64,000 bases of DNA from Centroscyllium fabricii (lineage: Eukaryota), in NCBI GenBank assembly GCA_051313645.2, contig JBNRSN020000019.1, positions 16,988,001 to 17,052,000 on the forward strand, written 5' to 3'. Positions within the stretch are counted from its first letter, which is position 1, and each line of letters starts with the position of its first letter. Shown piece after piece: positions 11,872 through 25,441 of the stretch. Position numbers and translations under genes: made by a program. The notes beneath the pieces were generated by a model. The model saw only the letters and a program-made list of their open reading frames with translations, was not told the DNA's origin and searched no databases.

Positions 11872-12640
11872 ACAGCAGTGCCAGGCAATGACTATCTCCA
11901 ACAAGCGAGAGTCTAACCACCTCCACTTGACATTCAACGGCATTACCATCGCTGAATTCCCCACCATCAACATTCTGGGGGTTACCATTGACCAGAAGCT
12001 TAACTGGACCAGCCACATTAATACTATGGCAACAAGAGCAGGTCAGAGGCTAGGTATTCTGCGGCGAGTGTCTCACTTCCTGACTCCCCAAAGCTTTTCC
12101 ACCCTCTACAAGGCACAAGTAAGGAGTGTGATGGAATACTCTCCACTTGCCTGGATGAGTGCAGCTCCAACAACACTCAAGAAGCTCGACAACATCCAGG
12201 ACAAAGCAGCCCACTTGATTTGCACCCCATCTACCACCTTAAACATTCACTCCCTCCACCACCGGCGTACCATGGCTGCAATGTGTACCATCTACAAGAT
12301 GCACTGCAGCAACTCGCCAAGGCTTCTTCAGCAGCACCTCCCAAACCCCCAGCCTCTTCCACCTAGAAGGACAAGAACAGTAGGTGCATGGGAACACCAC
12401 CACCTCCAAGTTCCCCTCAAAGTCACACAGCATTCTGACTTAGAAATATATCGCTGATCCTTCATCGTTGCTGGATCAAAATCCTGGACCTCCCTCCCTA
12501 ACAGCACTGTGGGAGCACCTTCAACACACCAACTGCAGCAGTTCAAGGCGGCGGCTCACCACCACCTTCTCGAGGGCAACTAGGGATGGGCAATAAATAC
12601 TGGCCTTGCCAGCGACGCCCAGATCTCATAAGCGAATAAA
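11872..12640 (+). mobile_element. L2/CR1-group LINE 3' fragment
   Basis: ILGVTIDQKLNWTSHI...AGQRLGILRR...YKAQVRSVMEYS; same family as about 43350-43800. Confidence 0.85.
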
Positions 12641-13483
12641 AAAAACACAGGTTCAGGAAGGGCAAAAACTCCAACTTCCCCTTGGTGGTGGTGAGCTCTA
12701 TGTTTTTGACGGTGATTATGGTGAATTTGACACCACAATTGTAAGGTTGCACCTAGTTGTGGTTCACCTTCCTCCCAGAAAAGGACAGATACTTTTGATA
12801 TCAGGAGGACATAAACAATAACATGGCTGAAAACTAGACTCAAATCACTATCTTACAAAGACAGCTGGGTACAATTCAGATGGCATAAACTGGAGAAAAG
12901 ATCCAAAGGATAACATGATTCCGAGCTTTACAATATTTGAAGGATTGTCACTCCTCCCTCTCTCCACCTCCCTTGCCCAGCCCACCCTCTAACTTCTCAT
13001 TCCCTCCTCTCTCTCTTCCCCATGCCTCCCTTTGGTGTTGGTCAGCCTTTGTGGGTTTTCACAGTTGGCATGTCTGAGGTGGCCAAGCTTGTTTTTTTTA
13101 AACCCTGAAGATTGTGGGAGAAAAGGATAGATTGAGGGAGGGAAGGAATTTCAGTTTCTGGTGCTGGGAAAGAATGAATTAGAGGAGGAGGCAGCTTAAT
13201 GGATTTTTTTCAACACAGGCGAAGAGTATGGAGGACGGAGCATTCGCACCACAAAAGACATGACGGGGAAAGTTCCAAGCAGCAATGTCAACAGTAGTAT
13301 TGATAGAACAGAAACAAGGTTGACTGCATTTTTGACTGAGTAATATAGTTAGTTCAATCGCAACACAGGATTGTTGTAAAGCTATATATTCTACAGTCTT
13401 TCAACCCATAGTTGTCAAGATCCCGGATATGGACAAGACTAAAAACAGGGACTAGAGCTCAGGAATAGTACTGCAAAACTTAC

Positions 13484-13540
13484 TTTTAAATTATGTGAAC
13501 ACACTCCATTCACCAATCCAATAACGCCAGCATCTGAAAC
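13484..13540 (-). CDS. AMN1: AMN1 exon 5 (57 nt; VSDAGVIGLVNGVCSHNLK)
   Basis: Acceptor ttgtcag| and donor |gtaagt; in frame with its neighbours. Too short for the ORF track; found by reading the minus strand. Confidence 0.9.
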
Positions 13541-14380
13541 CTGACAAGGTTAAATAAAGAGCAAAGATTATCAAACAGGTGTCAAAATAAACCGAAGAGA
13601 AACATGGTTGAAAACTAATTGCTGTTAACAGTTTATTCATCTTCAAATTTCTTTAGGCCGATTGCTTTTGATCTACGTGCCTGCACGTGCTTCTATATAG
13701 CTTACCAGACAGGTTCTGTATGCTCTTGCTTACAATGCCTTTTTGTGGTGCATGCTAATTCCACAGGCAGCAGTCGCCCTCCAGTACATTACCTCAGTTG
13801 CCATTATTTGTGTGTGAGCTTTGACATCTTTTGAGAATTGGCAGGCTTTTTGACTGCGGGGTGACAGAGAGCAGGGTGTCACAGCCAAGCCCAGTGCGTT
13901 TATCACCCGATGTCCACACAATCACTTTTCAGCAGGGATCATTGGGTACAAATCAGAAGTGAGAATGTTGGTCTGATTTTCCCCCCCTTCCTTACCCAAG
14001 GACCCCAGGCCAATTGCAGCATCCCCATCGCCGCTCAACTCTGACCTGCTAACTCTCCACGAAGGACTGAACCTGGGACCACTGCTGGTTTGTTTGGTTC
14101 AGCGACTCCATTGATAAATTTGTTGACTCACTCGCAGAGCCTGTACCCTAATTTCAAACCCATCAAAATGTCATATCTGTAAATCTATTGATTAGAAATT
14201 TTGCATTTAGCACACAACATCCTAGTCATAGTTATACAGCACAGAAAGAGGCCCTTCGGCCCATCGTGTCAGTGCCGGCCATCAAACCCTGTCTATTCTA
14301 ATCCCATTTTCCAGCATTTGGTCCATAGCCTTGTATGCTATGGTGTTTCAAGTGCTCAGCTAAATGCTCCTTGAATGTTG

Positions 14381-15132
14381 CAAGAAGTCACACAACACCA
14401 GGTTATAGTCCAACAGTTTTATTTTAAATCACAAACATGGTTGAAAACTAATTGCTGTTAACCTCATACGTTGCAGGAAAGGATGCCCCGGGGCATGGTA
14501 CATCGGCGAGACCATGCAGACACTTCGACAACGGATGAACGGACACCGCACAACAATTGCCAGGCAGGAGTGTTCCCTCCCAGTCGGGGAACATTTCAGC
14601 AGTGAAGGACATTCAGCCTCCGATCTTCGGGTAAGCATTCTCCAAGGCAGCCTTCGAGACACACGACAACGCAAAATCGTCGAGCAGAGGCTGATAGCCA
14701 AATTCCGCACCCATGAGGACGGTCTCAACCGTGATATTGGCTTCATGTCACGCTACATGTGACCCTGCCTAACGTAGTCATCCGGACCAGAGACATCTTT
14801 GTCTTGTAAGGAAATTCCTTTTTTAAAAATCATTCTGTGTGTTTTGCAGCATTTGACCCCTTGTGACTGTGCCTCATTGATCTCAGACTGATGTGTTAAA
14901 ATATGTTAATACGCCTTTGTGTGCTCTGTCTGTCTCTGCTAAGGTGAGATGTGGGAGATCAGATTTCTCTCTTCCTCCCATATGTGCGTTCTTTAAGTCA
15001 GCTTCTCTTTCACCTGACGAAGGGGCAGACGCTCCGAAAGCTTGGATTTAAAATAAAACTGTTGGACTATAACCTGGTGTTGTGTGACATCTTGCATTTG
15101 TCCACCCCAGTCCAACAACCGGCACCTCCACA
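14381..15132 (+). mobile_element. Penelope-like insertion with an inverted 5' terminal segment, inside a CR1
   Basis: GIY-YIG ORF remnant at 14460-14762; inverted copy of the terminus at 14381-14432; TSD TCCTTGAATGTTG at 14368-14380 and 15133-15145. Confidence 0.9.
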
Positions 15133-15786
15133 TCCTTGAATGTTGTGAGGGTTCCTGCCTCTACCACCCTTTCAGGCAGTGAGTTCCAGATTCCAACCAC
15201 CCTCTGGGTGAAAAAGTTCTTCCTCAAATCCCCTCTAAACCTCCCGCCCCTTACCTTGAAACTATGCCCCCTGGTTGACCCCTCTACTAAGGGAAAAAGT
15301 TCCTTTCTATCTACCTTATCTACACCCCATATAATTTTGTACACCTCAATCAGGTCCCCCTCAGACTTCTCTGCTCCAAGGAAAACAACCCCAGCCTGTC
15401 CAGTCTTTCTTCATAGCTGAAGTGCTCCAGCCCAGGTAACATCTTGGTGAATCTGCTCTGCACCCTCTCCAAAACAATCACATCCTTCCTATAGTGTGGT
15501 GACCAGAACTGCACACAGTATTCCAGCTGTGGCCAGACCAGCGTTTTGTACAGCTCCATCATAACCTCCCTGCTCTTATATTCTATGCCTTGGCTAATGA
15601 AGGCAAATATCCCATATGCCTTTTTGACCACCTTATCCACCTGGCCTGCTGCCTTCAGGGATCTATGTACATACATACCATGGTTCCTCTGTCTTTCCTA
15701 GGGTCTTACCATTCATTGTGTATTCTCTTGCCCCGTTTGTCAAACGTACTTCCTGTGTTACCATTTTGTCCTGCATGAGTGTTACT

Positions 15787-16156
15787 CAGGGCTACCAACT
15801 CTGGTTTCACCATATGACCTCCCGCCGCCAACCGTCCCACCCCCACACTCCCGCCATTGGCCGCCTGACACGTCCATCCTCGCTTGTCCTACCTTCCCAC
15901 AGGCAATTGGGAAGTGAACAGACTCTTTGCTATGTGATTGACTTGACAGTCAAGGAGCATCCAAACAGGCTTTCTTCTCAATCTCTGATTTTTTTTAAAC
16001 TCCAACAAGTGTTCAAAAACGAGGGGAAAAAAACCAATTTTGTTTTAATGCCCCGGTCTCTGATTTTTGTCCTGGGGTGGCTCGGAGCAGTGTCCGGGAG
16101 ATTAATTGTTAATTCCTGGAGACTCCAGGGCAATCCTGGAGGGTTGACAACCCTAC
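15787..16156. mobile_element. Old hAT-like MITE
   Basis: Ends CAGGGCTACCAAC / GTTGACAACCCTA resemble TAGGGTTGCCAAC-type TIRs. Confidence 0.5.
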
Positions 16157-16625
16157 TATGGGTGACACTAGAACGAGGGGACATAATCTGAGAATAAGGG
16201 GCTGCCCTTTCAAAACTGAGGTCTGTGGAATTTGCTGCCCCAGAGAGCTGTGGAAGCTACTACTTTGAATAAATTTAAAACCGAGATAGACAGTTTCTTG
16301 GAAGCAAAGGAAATTAGGGGTTACTGTGAGTGGGCAGGTAAATGGATGTGAGGCTAGGTTCAGATCGGCCATGTAATCTCCTGGACAAGTTTCGATCGCC
16401 TAGATGGGTCGGAGAGGAATTTCCCAGATTTTTTCTCCCAAATTGGCCACTGGGTTTTTAATCTGGTTTTTCGCCTCTTGTGATCACATGGGTTTGGGCG
16501 GGATGGAGAGTAAAAATAAAATTGAGGTTAGGATCAGATCAGCCAGGATCTTGTTGAATGGCGGAGCGGGCTCGAGGGGCCGATTGGCCTACTCCTGCTC
16601 CTATTGCTTATGTTCTTATGTACTA

Positions 16626-17109
16626 CAGGTTGTGCGGCACAGTTTGGGCGGCACGGTGGCACAGTGGTTAGCACTGCTGTCTCACAGCACTAGAGACCCG
16701 GGTTCAAATCCAGCCTCGGGTACTATCTGTGTGGAGTTTGCACATTCTCCCCGTGTCTGCGTGGGTTTCCTCCGGGTGCTCCGGTTTCCTCCCACAATCC
16801 AAAGATGTGCGGGTTAGGTTGATTGGCCAGGATAAATTGACCCTTAGTGTTAGGGGGATTGAATATGTGGGGTTACGGGTATAGGGTGGGATATGTGTCG
16901 GTGCAGGCTCGATAGGGATCGAGGGATATAGGCAGCTGTTTTGAATGATCTGCGCATGCGTTCGTCGTCCAGCGGCGCATGCGCAGATCATTCGCCGAAG
17001 CCGCGATGGCGGCTGCCATCTTGCGCATGCGCAGTGCAGTCGGGGCAATTTGTGCCGGCAGACTGAAGCTGCCGGCGTTTCGGGTCACGGATTTTCGGTA
17101 CACAACCTG
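16626..17109. mobile_element. MITE (TA TSD, CAGGTTGTG TIR) interrupted by an HE1-type SINE (16647-16932)
   Basis: TA|CAGGTTGTG...CACAACCTG|TA; the internal part resembles 17671-18155. Confidence 0.75.
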
Positions 17110-17670
17110 TATTACTTTTAACAAGGTATGCTTACCATTATACTTACCGTCAGTCCGCCCAATGCCGAGTGGTGCTGATACTCCTCCAAGCTCTATCTCC
17201 CAAAATCATTTCTTTAGGTGGTGCTGCAGGTAAATTTTAATTACATTTTATTCCCTGAACCAAGTGACTGTGTCCAGTAAAATGTATTTAAATGTAACTT
17301 TATGTTTATTGCAACTGAATATTAAGTTTACTTCACCCAAATTTAATTAAATTTAACCCATTTACTTATTGGTCCCCCATCATGTGTCAATTTGCATTTA
17401 TATCGCACCTTTCAGGACCTAGGACATCCCAAAGCGCTCCACAGCCAAAGTAGTACTTTTCCTGTGACTGCGCCCTCCTTGGCTCCGGCTTCTGGTTGTT
17501 CACTGACTGACCCACCCTCGGCCCATCCACTTTGTCTATCCAGTACACACTTTTTTTCCCCCCACACTAAAGGTTCACTCATATAGACCAATGTATCAAC
17601 AATGCCCAACTATTGGGACTGTCTTCTAGGTACACTTTTAGACTGACACAAAATATGTTGTATATTAATA

Positions 17671-18155
17671 CAAGTTGAGCACCGGTAATCCGGCATGGGC
17701 GGGACCAGGCCCGTGCCGGGAAAGTGAAAAAACCGGCAGAATGAAGTCGGTCAGTGCACATGCACCATTCAAAATGGCCACGCGCATGCGCACAACATTG
17801 GAAATGGCCACCGAACGTCCTTGCGGAGTCTCAGCTGCGGTTTGTGCCTCCTGATGACAGTCTGCAGGCTGCTCTGGGGAACCACGCGCTTCACCATGGC
17901 GGGCGCTCGGGACTCGCACATTCAAAACGCGGCGCGAGCCTCCGCGCCCTGACGCCACGGAAGGCCCGGCTCGTCCGGCGGCTGTTTTGAATGATCTGCG
18001 CATGCGCTCGCTGTCCGGCGGCGCATGCGCAGATCATTCGCTGAAGCCTCGATCGCGGCTGCCATTTTGCACATGCGCGGTGCAGTCGGGGCAATTTGTT
18101 CCGGAAGACTGAAGTTGCCGGTGTTTCGGGTAACGGATTACCGGTGCTCAACCTA
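17671..18155. mobile_element. pogo/Tigger-like MITE
   Basis: TIR GTTGAGCACCGGTAATCCG / CGGATTACCGGTGCTCAAC with TA flanks. Confidence 0.85.
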
Positions 18156-18799
18156 TAGTATGCAATTCATCGAAAGATTGCAACCATGGCAGTCAAATGG
18201 ACGTTTAGTATTTGCTGATTTATGAAGTATTATAATGTATGCAAAGTTGAACCCTTTACCACTATCACAAGGGAAGGCTCTTATTGTAATTAATTTTTGT
18301 TAAAAGCACATACATGAAATTCAATTCTATTTTGGAGAATTTAGACATGTTTGCTGAAAATCCCTTATCTTTCCTTGTGCAAATACCAATAACGTAGCCA
18401 TGTCCAATTTGGGTCACTCAGTATCAGACCACAATGCCACAATTGTGTCTAAAACAGAAAGAAAGAATTCATATTTATAAAGTGCCTTTCACGACCTCAG
18501 AACATCCCAAAGCACACTGTGTAGTCACTGTTGTAATGTAGGTTAAAAATGAAATCTCATGAACAGCAATGAGATGGCCAGATAATGTTTTAGTGATACA
18601 GTATGTTTTAGAATTGACCATTGGACTCTTTTGGCTAAATCTATTTATACAGCATCTTTAAGGTAGTAAAAAAGTCTCAAGGCACTTCACAGGAGCGTCA
18701 TCAAACACAATTTGGCACCGAGCCACAGAACTATTAGGACAGGTGACCAAGAGCTTGGTCAAAGCGGTAGGTTTTAAGGAGCGTCTTAAAAGGAGACTA

Positions 18800-21148
18800 G
18801 CACCTGTCGGAAAGGTTGTGAATTTCTTGAGTATGTCCGGGATAGTTTTCTACAACAGTATGTCCTAGAGGCAACATGGGGCATGCCATATTAGATTTAG
18901 TAAGGAGTAATGAGCCAGATTTAGTTAACAGCCTAACTGTGTGTGAACATTTATCCAATAGAGACCATAACATAATTGAGTTCAATGTAGTGTTTGAAAG
19001 GGAGAAATGCGAAAGATTCTAGATTTAGATAAGGCGGACTTCAATGGGATGAGGCAGAGATTGTCCACAGTAAACTGGGCAAATCTGTTAATGGGTAAAA
19101 TGACAGGTGGTCAACGGGAGAGGTTTAAAAAAGAAATTGTGATACAGAACCAGTTTATACCCCTGAGGGACAAGAGCCCGACATGCCAAACAAAATAGCC
19201 ATGGATGACTAAAGAGGTGAGGAATATCATAAAACAAAGAAAAAGCATATAAAAATGCAAAAAATAGCACAGAGCTTGGCGAATGGGAAAGATACAAAGA
19301 AGAGCAAAGGGTCACAAAACAGACAGTAAGAGCTACAAAAAGGGAGTGGAAAAGAAACGTGCAAGTGATATCAAAATCAACACAAATTTTTTTTACAATT
19401 ATATTTGGAAAAAGAGGGTGGTCAGGAGCAATTCCTAATCAGGTCAAAAATTTGCCCTCAATACTATGGGCTTGTTCCTTAGTTAACAATCTCTTACGTG
19501 GGACTTTATTAAATGCCTTCTCGAAGTCCATATAAATAACATCCATTGACATTCCCCTGTCCCCTACCTTAGTCACCTCCTCAAAAAATTCAATCAGGTT
19601 TGTCAATAAGGAGCTCCTGGGTTCGAATCCTGCTTGGCCCGGGACACCTCTGCGTGGAGTTTGCATGCTCTCCCCGTGTTCGTGTGGGTTTCCTCCGGGT
19701 ACTCCGGTTTCCTCCCACCACCCAAAGACATGCAGGTTAGATGAATTGGAGATACTAAAAATTGCCCATGACTTTGTGTGTGTGAGATATAGTTCTTAGA
19801 GTTGGGGGTGTCAGGGGATATGGGGAGAGGGTAGGAGGGGGGGTGCTGGGTTTGGATGATCAGTCATGATCTCATCAAAATGGCAGAGCAGGCTCGAAGG
19901 GCCGACTCCTGCTCCTATCTTCTGTGTTTGTGTGTGTCAGGCATGACCTACCTTTCACAAAAAAAACTGAAAGCGGTGATATTGTCAATGATAATAAAGA
20001 AATGGCACACAAGTTGAATAATTACTTTGCATCAGTATTTACAGTAGAAGAGGACAGCATGCCAGAAAGCCAAAGGAAATTAATATTGAGACAGGGACAG
20101 GGACTCAATAAAATTAACGCAAGTAAAATAACAGTAATGAAGAAAATAATGGTGCTAAAGAGTGGCAAATTCCCCAGAACCAGATGGTTTCCATCCCAGG
20201 GTTTTAAAGGAAGTAGGTGAGCACATTGCAGATGCCCGAACTATAATCTTCCAAAGTTCTCTCTATTCAGGAGCCCTTCCTTTAGATTGGAAAGTTGCAT
20301 GTGTCACTCTGCTATTTAAGAATGGCGAGAGAGGGAAATCAGGGAATTATAGACCAGATAGCCTAACATCTGTTGTTGGGAAATTGCTAGAGTCTATAAT
20401 TAAGAACACCTCGAAAATTCTCAGAAAGAGCCAGCTTGGATTTGTGAAAGGTAGGTCATGCCTGACAAACCGGATTGAATTTTTTGAGGAGGTGACTAAA
20501 GTAGCGGACAGGGGAATGTCAATGGATGTTATTTATATGGAATTCCGGAAGGCATTTGATAAAGTCCCACATAAAAGACTGTTAACTAAGGAACAAGCCC
20601 ACTGAAATGAGGGCAAATTATTGACCTGATTAGGCAATTAACTGAGCGGCAGGAGACAGGCAGTAGGGATAATGGACAGGTATTCTAATTGGCAGCATGT
20701 GACTAGTGGTGTCCCACAGGGATCTGTGTTGGGGCCTCAACTATTCACAATATTTATTAACGACTGAGATGGCATAGAAAGTCATATATCCAAATTTGCT
20801 GATGACGCAGATAGGCGGCATTGTAGATGAAAGCATAAAATTACAAAGGGATATCGATAGAGTAAGTGAATGGATTTCAATGTAGGCAAATGTGAGGTCA
20901 TCCACTTTGGACCTAAAAAACGATAGAACAGGGTACTTTCTAAATGGTGAAAAGCTAAAAACAGTGGAGGTCCAAAGAGACTTGGTGTCCAGGTACGTAG
21001 ATCATTAAAATGTCATGAACAGGTACAGAAAATAATCGAAAAGGCTAATGGAATGCTGGCCTTTCTATCAAGAGGACTAGAATACAAGGGGGTAGAAGTT
21101 ATGCTGCAGCTGTACAAAACCCTGGTTAGACCGCACCTGGAGCACTGT
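18800..21148 (+). mobile_element. Degenerate CR1 ORF2 fragment with an internal inverted segment and a SINE insertion (about 19610-19925)
   Basis: SPEPDGFHPRVLKE, NYRPDSLTSVVGK and SCLTNRIEFFEEVT; minus-strand CR1 piece at 19433-19608. Confidence 0.85.
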
Positions 21149-21969
21149 CTTCTTCTCAGGCAGTCCCTCAGAACTGAGGATGACTTGCTTCCACACTAAA
21201 AATGAGTTCTCAGGTGACTGATGAGTCCAATGCGGGACCTACAGTCTGTCACAGGTGGGGCAGATGGTGGCTGAAGGGGCGGGTGGCTGGGGTTGACAAG
21301 TGCTCCTTCCGCTTGCTCCCAACGAAGAGACTCAAGGTGTTTGACTGGAGGCTTCTCCTCCACTTTGTCCGGTCTTCGGCCAGGGATTCCCAGGTGTCGG
21401 TGGGGATGTTGCACTTTTTCCAAGGAGGCTTTGAGGGTGTCCTTGAAGCGCTTCCTTGGACAACCTGGGGCTCTCAGAAACATTCTCAAAGTGCTGCCAC
21501 AAATCCTGCAATACGGCTTTTTAAACCCATCCCAAGTGAGAATAGACAACTCTGCCAAAAACTGGGAATCAAATTCCGGACATCCTAGTCTGTACGATTT
21601 GAGACTAACATTTTTATTCATTATAACAGACTGCCAGGCTGACATGTATGTCACAAGCTTGGTCTCGAGAGAGCGGAACTGGGGTTGGGTTTTCTGGGGC
21701 ATTCTAATTTTTTTTGTTTGCAAAAGTCAATCAAAGCTATTGTTTGACAACAAATTTTCTACTAGTATTTGCTTTTTGTTTAGCTGGACTTATTTATCTT
21801 GAAGCATTCCAGAAGATTACTATTTTTTATGAGGTATATGTGTTTATATCAGAATAGGACTGGTTAAAATGTATATCCGAACAAAAGCATCACACAACAG
21901 AGGATTTTCCAACTGAAAACTGCTGCTTCTGGAGCAATTAAGGGAACTCTGTAAACCTGTTTGTAACTA

Positions 21970-22242
21970 CAGGTCCGGCACAGTTAATCCGGACACCGTT
22001 AATCCGTAAACTTCAGACGTCCGGCACGAAGCCGGGCCTCTCCCCGACTGGTCTGCGCATGCGCGGCGGTCATTTTGAATGGTCTGCGCATGCGCAGCAG
22101 CCATTTTGAATGGTCTGCACATGCGCGGTGGCCATTTTGAATGGTCTGCGCATGCGCTCGACGAAGCTTCAGTCGTTCGGATTTTTCACTAGTCCGGCAC
22201 CGGCTTGGTCCCGACGGTGCCGGATTAACGGTGTCGGACCTG
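21970..22242. mobile_element. pogo/Tigger-like MITE (short)
   Basis: TA|CAGGTCCGGCAC...GTGTCGGACCTG|TA with internal tandem CCATTTTGAATGGTCTGCGCATGCGC units. Confidence 0.85.
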
Positions 22243-22472
22243 TACTTGCTGCTATTCTTCCTTAATGTAAAGATGTCCGTTTGAAACTAAAAATGACTTA
22301 ACATGTGTAAAAAGTGAAGAGAAGCCATTTTTGATGAGCTAGAATGACGTTACCTGACTGGCACAATAAGAAGCTACTTTTATACAGCACCTTTAATGTA
22401 AATAAATGCCCCAATGGGCTTCACAGGTGGACGGATGAAAAATAGACACCAAGTCTGGAAAGGAGAGATTAA

Positions 22473-23141
22473 AGCCCCGCTTTCACTGGAGGCTACGAAT
22501 TGCCGAATCGTCCCGATTCTGAAATTTGTCCGTTTCGTAGATAATTCTTGCAATTAGTAGGTGATTCGTAGGTGATTCGTAGGTGATCGGTAGAGTTCGC
22601 GGGAGTTCGACATATTTCGTCACTTTGCCAAGAAAGTTTTTGTTTGTCAAAAACTTTCTTGGGATTGTTACCGATTGTCCGATTCGTGAATGATTCGTAA
22701 ACAATTCGTGATCCTTTCTTATCGTTCGTTACCCTTTCTTACCGTCCGTAACGGCTTCGTAATCGATTCGTAGTGCATTCTTGCCTATTCTTGGGCATTC
22801 TTGATTTTCTCAAATTCGTGGAACCACGCCGAATACATCACGAATGTCCACGAATGTCCTACGAATGCACTACGAATGCAATTCTTAGATAATTCGTAGA
22901 ATTCGTAACTTAATCGTGGAGGTCGTAGTGGATTCGTAAATTAATTCTGCATATTCGTAAGTGATTCGTACCTCATTCCTACAATAATTCGTGATAGATT
23001 CGTAACCTTGTCCAGAATCGCCAAGAATTAACCAAGAATCGCCAAGAATTAACCACGAATTTTCGCATTTTTTGCCGAATCGCCACGAATTTCGATACGT
23101 GACGATTCTTGATATTCTTAGCCTCCAGTGAAAGCGGGGCT
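22473..23141. mobile_element. Non-autonomous PIF/Harbinger-type element
   Basis: Perfect 23-bp TIR AGCCCCGCTTTCACTGGAGGCTA and a 3-bp TSD TAA. The interior is dense in ATTCGT/ACGAAT motifs. Confidence 0.85.
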
Positions 23142-24054
23142 TAAGAAAGGTCTTACAGGATAGAAGTGGAAAGGCAGTATAGTAACTAATGTCTACCCGC
23201 TAATTTTCTCCCCATCTCTCCTGAAGGTGCTGACTCATGCTTTAGTACAGTTGCACAGGCATCAGTCACCCTAGCTGAGTCCAGACAGTGACTGTTGTAG
23301 AAGTGATCAGATCAGCCATGATCTTGTTGAATGGCGGAGCAGGCTCGAGGGGCCGATTGGCCTACTCCTGCTCCTATTTCTTATGTTCTTATGTAATCAG
23401 AATAGGAAGGGGAAAAATTGAGACACAAATGAGAAAATAAAACCTCCAAAACATGATTCGATCTTCAGGAAATAGCAACATAAAAATCGAATCAAAACTT
23501 TCATTCGTTCATTCAGCAATAAAACAAGTTGTGTTCAACCCTACGGGCCTAGAGAAATTGACCGTGGGGGTATTTATCCAGAACAGTGACTCAATATAAA
23601 GTACAAAAGCAAAATACTGCAGATGCTGCAAATCTGAAATAAAAACAGAAAATGCTGGAGCTACTCAGCGGGTCAGGCAGCACCTGTGGAGACAGAAACA
23701 GAGATAGCGTTTCAAGTCGATGACCCTTTGTCAGAACAGTGAATGCAGTGTATTTTATTCTTGCTAAGTTACATTACGCATAAAAATAAAGCATTTTATT
23801 TGTAGGAACGACCTTTCGTTTCACTTGGTGAGGTAACTGTACTAAGTAGGTATCGATTTATTACTTTTTTTGTCTTTAATTAAGGAACATGCTATGATTT
23901 TATTCCCCTAAGGTGTTATATTGTTGTGAAGTGGTTTAGTGGAATATTGATTTATTAATGATGATCTGGTATGTGAACTTCCTTCATCACACTATCAAAT
24001 TAAATGGTAGAAATTACACAACACCAGGTTATAGTCTAACAGTTTTACTTGAAA

Positions 24055-24091
24055 TCACAAGCTTTCGGAGCGTAGCTCCTTCCTCAGGCGA
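24055..24091 (-). ncRNA. Minimal hammerhead ribozyme motif in an isolated Penelope terminus
   Basis: On -: UCGC-CUGAGGA-AGGAGC(UAC)GCUCC-GAAA-GCUU-GUGA. Confidence 0.65.
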
Positions 24092-24569
24092 AAGAGAAGT
24101 TCATTAAATGGTGACAGACTTGACAAGGATTCTCAGGTAGCTCAGCGAGTAGCTGAACCATAATAAGCAGGAAGGTCCCCAGGTCTCTGCTGAGTCAGCT
24201 GGAGTGCCAGAAGTGCTCCAATTGGCCCCAGCGCCCCCAAGTTAGGGAGGGCAACAACTGCCCAAAGATCTCCTACTGAGTGCCATCCAGTGTGCCGTGC
24301 TGGAACTGCACGTATAACGAACATTGGGCGATAGCAGGCTCAGGCTTGGCTATGCTGTTCAGCCGCCTCCTCCATGGCTGACCCCCACCATCTAGGATCA
24401 CACATGAAGAATGGCTATGTAGACAAAGTACTGGAGGACACCCAACACCCACGGAACTATATGCCGACAAGAAGCCACTGCCTTTGGGGAAGAAGGGAGA
24501 GGGAGAAATCGGCAACATTGTACATTTTAACTGTGGAGCAAATAAGTACACAAACTGCATAATTTAATA

Positions 24570-24961
24570 CAGGTTGAGCACCGGTAATCCGGCACCCGAT
24601 GGTCCGGCAGCTTCAGTGGTCCGGCATGATTGGAAACCGGCGCTCTTCATTTTGCGGAGCAGCCGCTCGGCGGTGCCACCGTTTCCTGGGAAGGGTGAGC
24701 GAGCGCCAAAGGCGTCGGGCGTTTGGGTTGCTGTTTTGTTAGGTTTTGTAAGTGTTCTATCCCGGGGCTCCCTCCCGGGGAGAGTTCTACCCGTGTGCTC
24801 CGGGCCCTGGGGAGTGTTCTACCGCGCGCTCCGGGCCCCGGGGAGTGTTCTACCGCGCGCTCCGGGCCCCGGGGAGTGTTCTACCGTGCGCTCCCCCCGA
24901 ACCTTCAGTGGTCCGGCACCGGCCTGGTCCCGAGGGTGCCGGATTAGCGGTGCTCAACCTG
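24570..24961. mobile_element. MITE, same subfamily as 4131-5305, with only 3-4 internal repeat units
   Basis: Same TIRs and internal sequence; 31-bp units ccggggagtgttctaccgcgcgctccgggcc. Confidence 0.88.
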
Positions 24962-25441
24962 TATTAGAAATCAAATCAGCCATTCAATTGCCCCCCTGTG
25001 GCTCAGTGCATAATTGCATGAGTGCAACTTAGCCATACAGACTTTGCACACCCCATGTTCAATTCTCCTGAGATAGCCGATTTCAGCTGAGGCACAACAA
25101 CAGGCTTTGATATCCCTGGACTGGAGAGCAGAAAGAACATCCAGAATTCCTGATTGCCGTCCCATTATTCCAGTGTGAAAGGTGCCTGTACGGGCAGTAT
25201 CAAGCACAGTTGCAATGGCCGCACAGCTGAACTGCCCGCTGGTATATGCCATGCAGAGACAGAGTGGTCACTTGGACCAGGTACCTGAGGATTACGTGAA
25301 ACCAAACCAAAGCACCTCACCATCTACACGACAGGAGGTACAAGAGGGAAAAAACCAGAAGGAAGATGGACAGAGAAAGCCACATTCATTTTTTTCGAAG
25401 TAGTAACAAAAATGATTAATCTGCTCATATGATGACTGTAC

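Noticed and set aside
12643-12660. 18-nt match AAAACACAGGTTCAGGAA with about 44319-44336
   Set aside because: It is short, partly an A-run, and compatible with chance or a tiny CR1 scrap.
17100-17235. Possible extra AMN1 exon (GTAAGT donor on - near 17146)
   Set aside because: There is no convincing acceptor or AMN1-like peptide, and the seven identified exons already give a complete frame.
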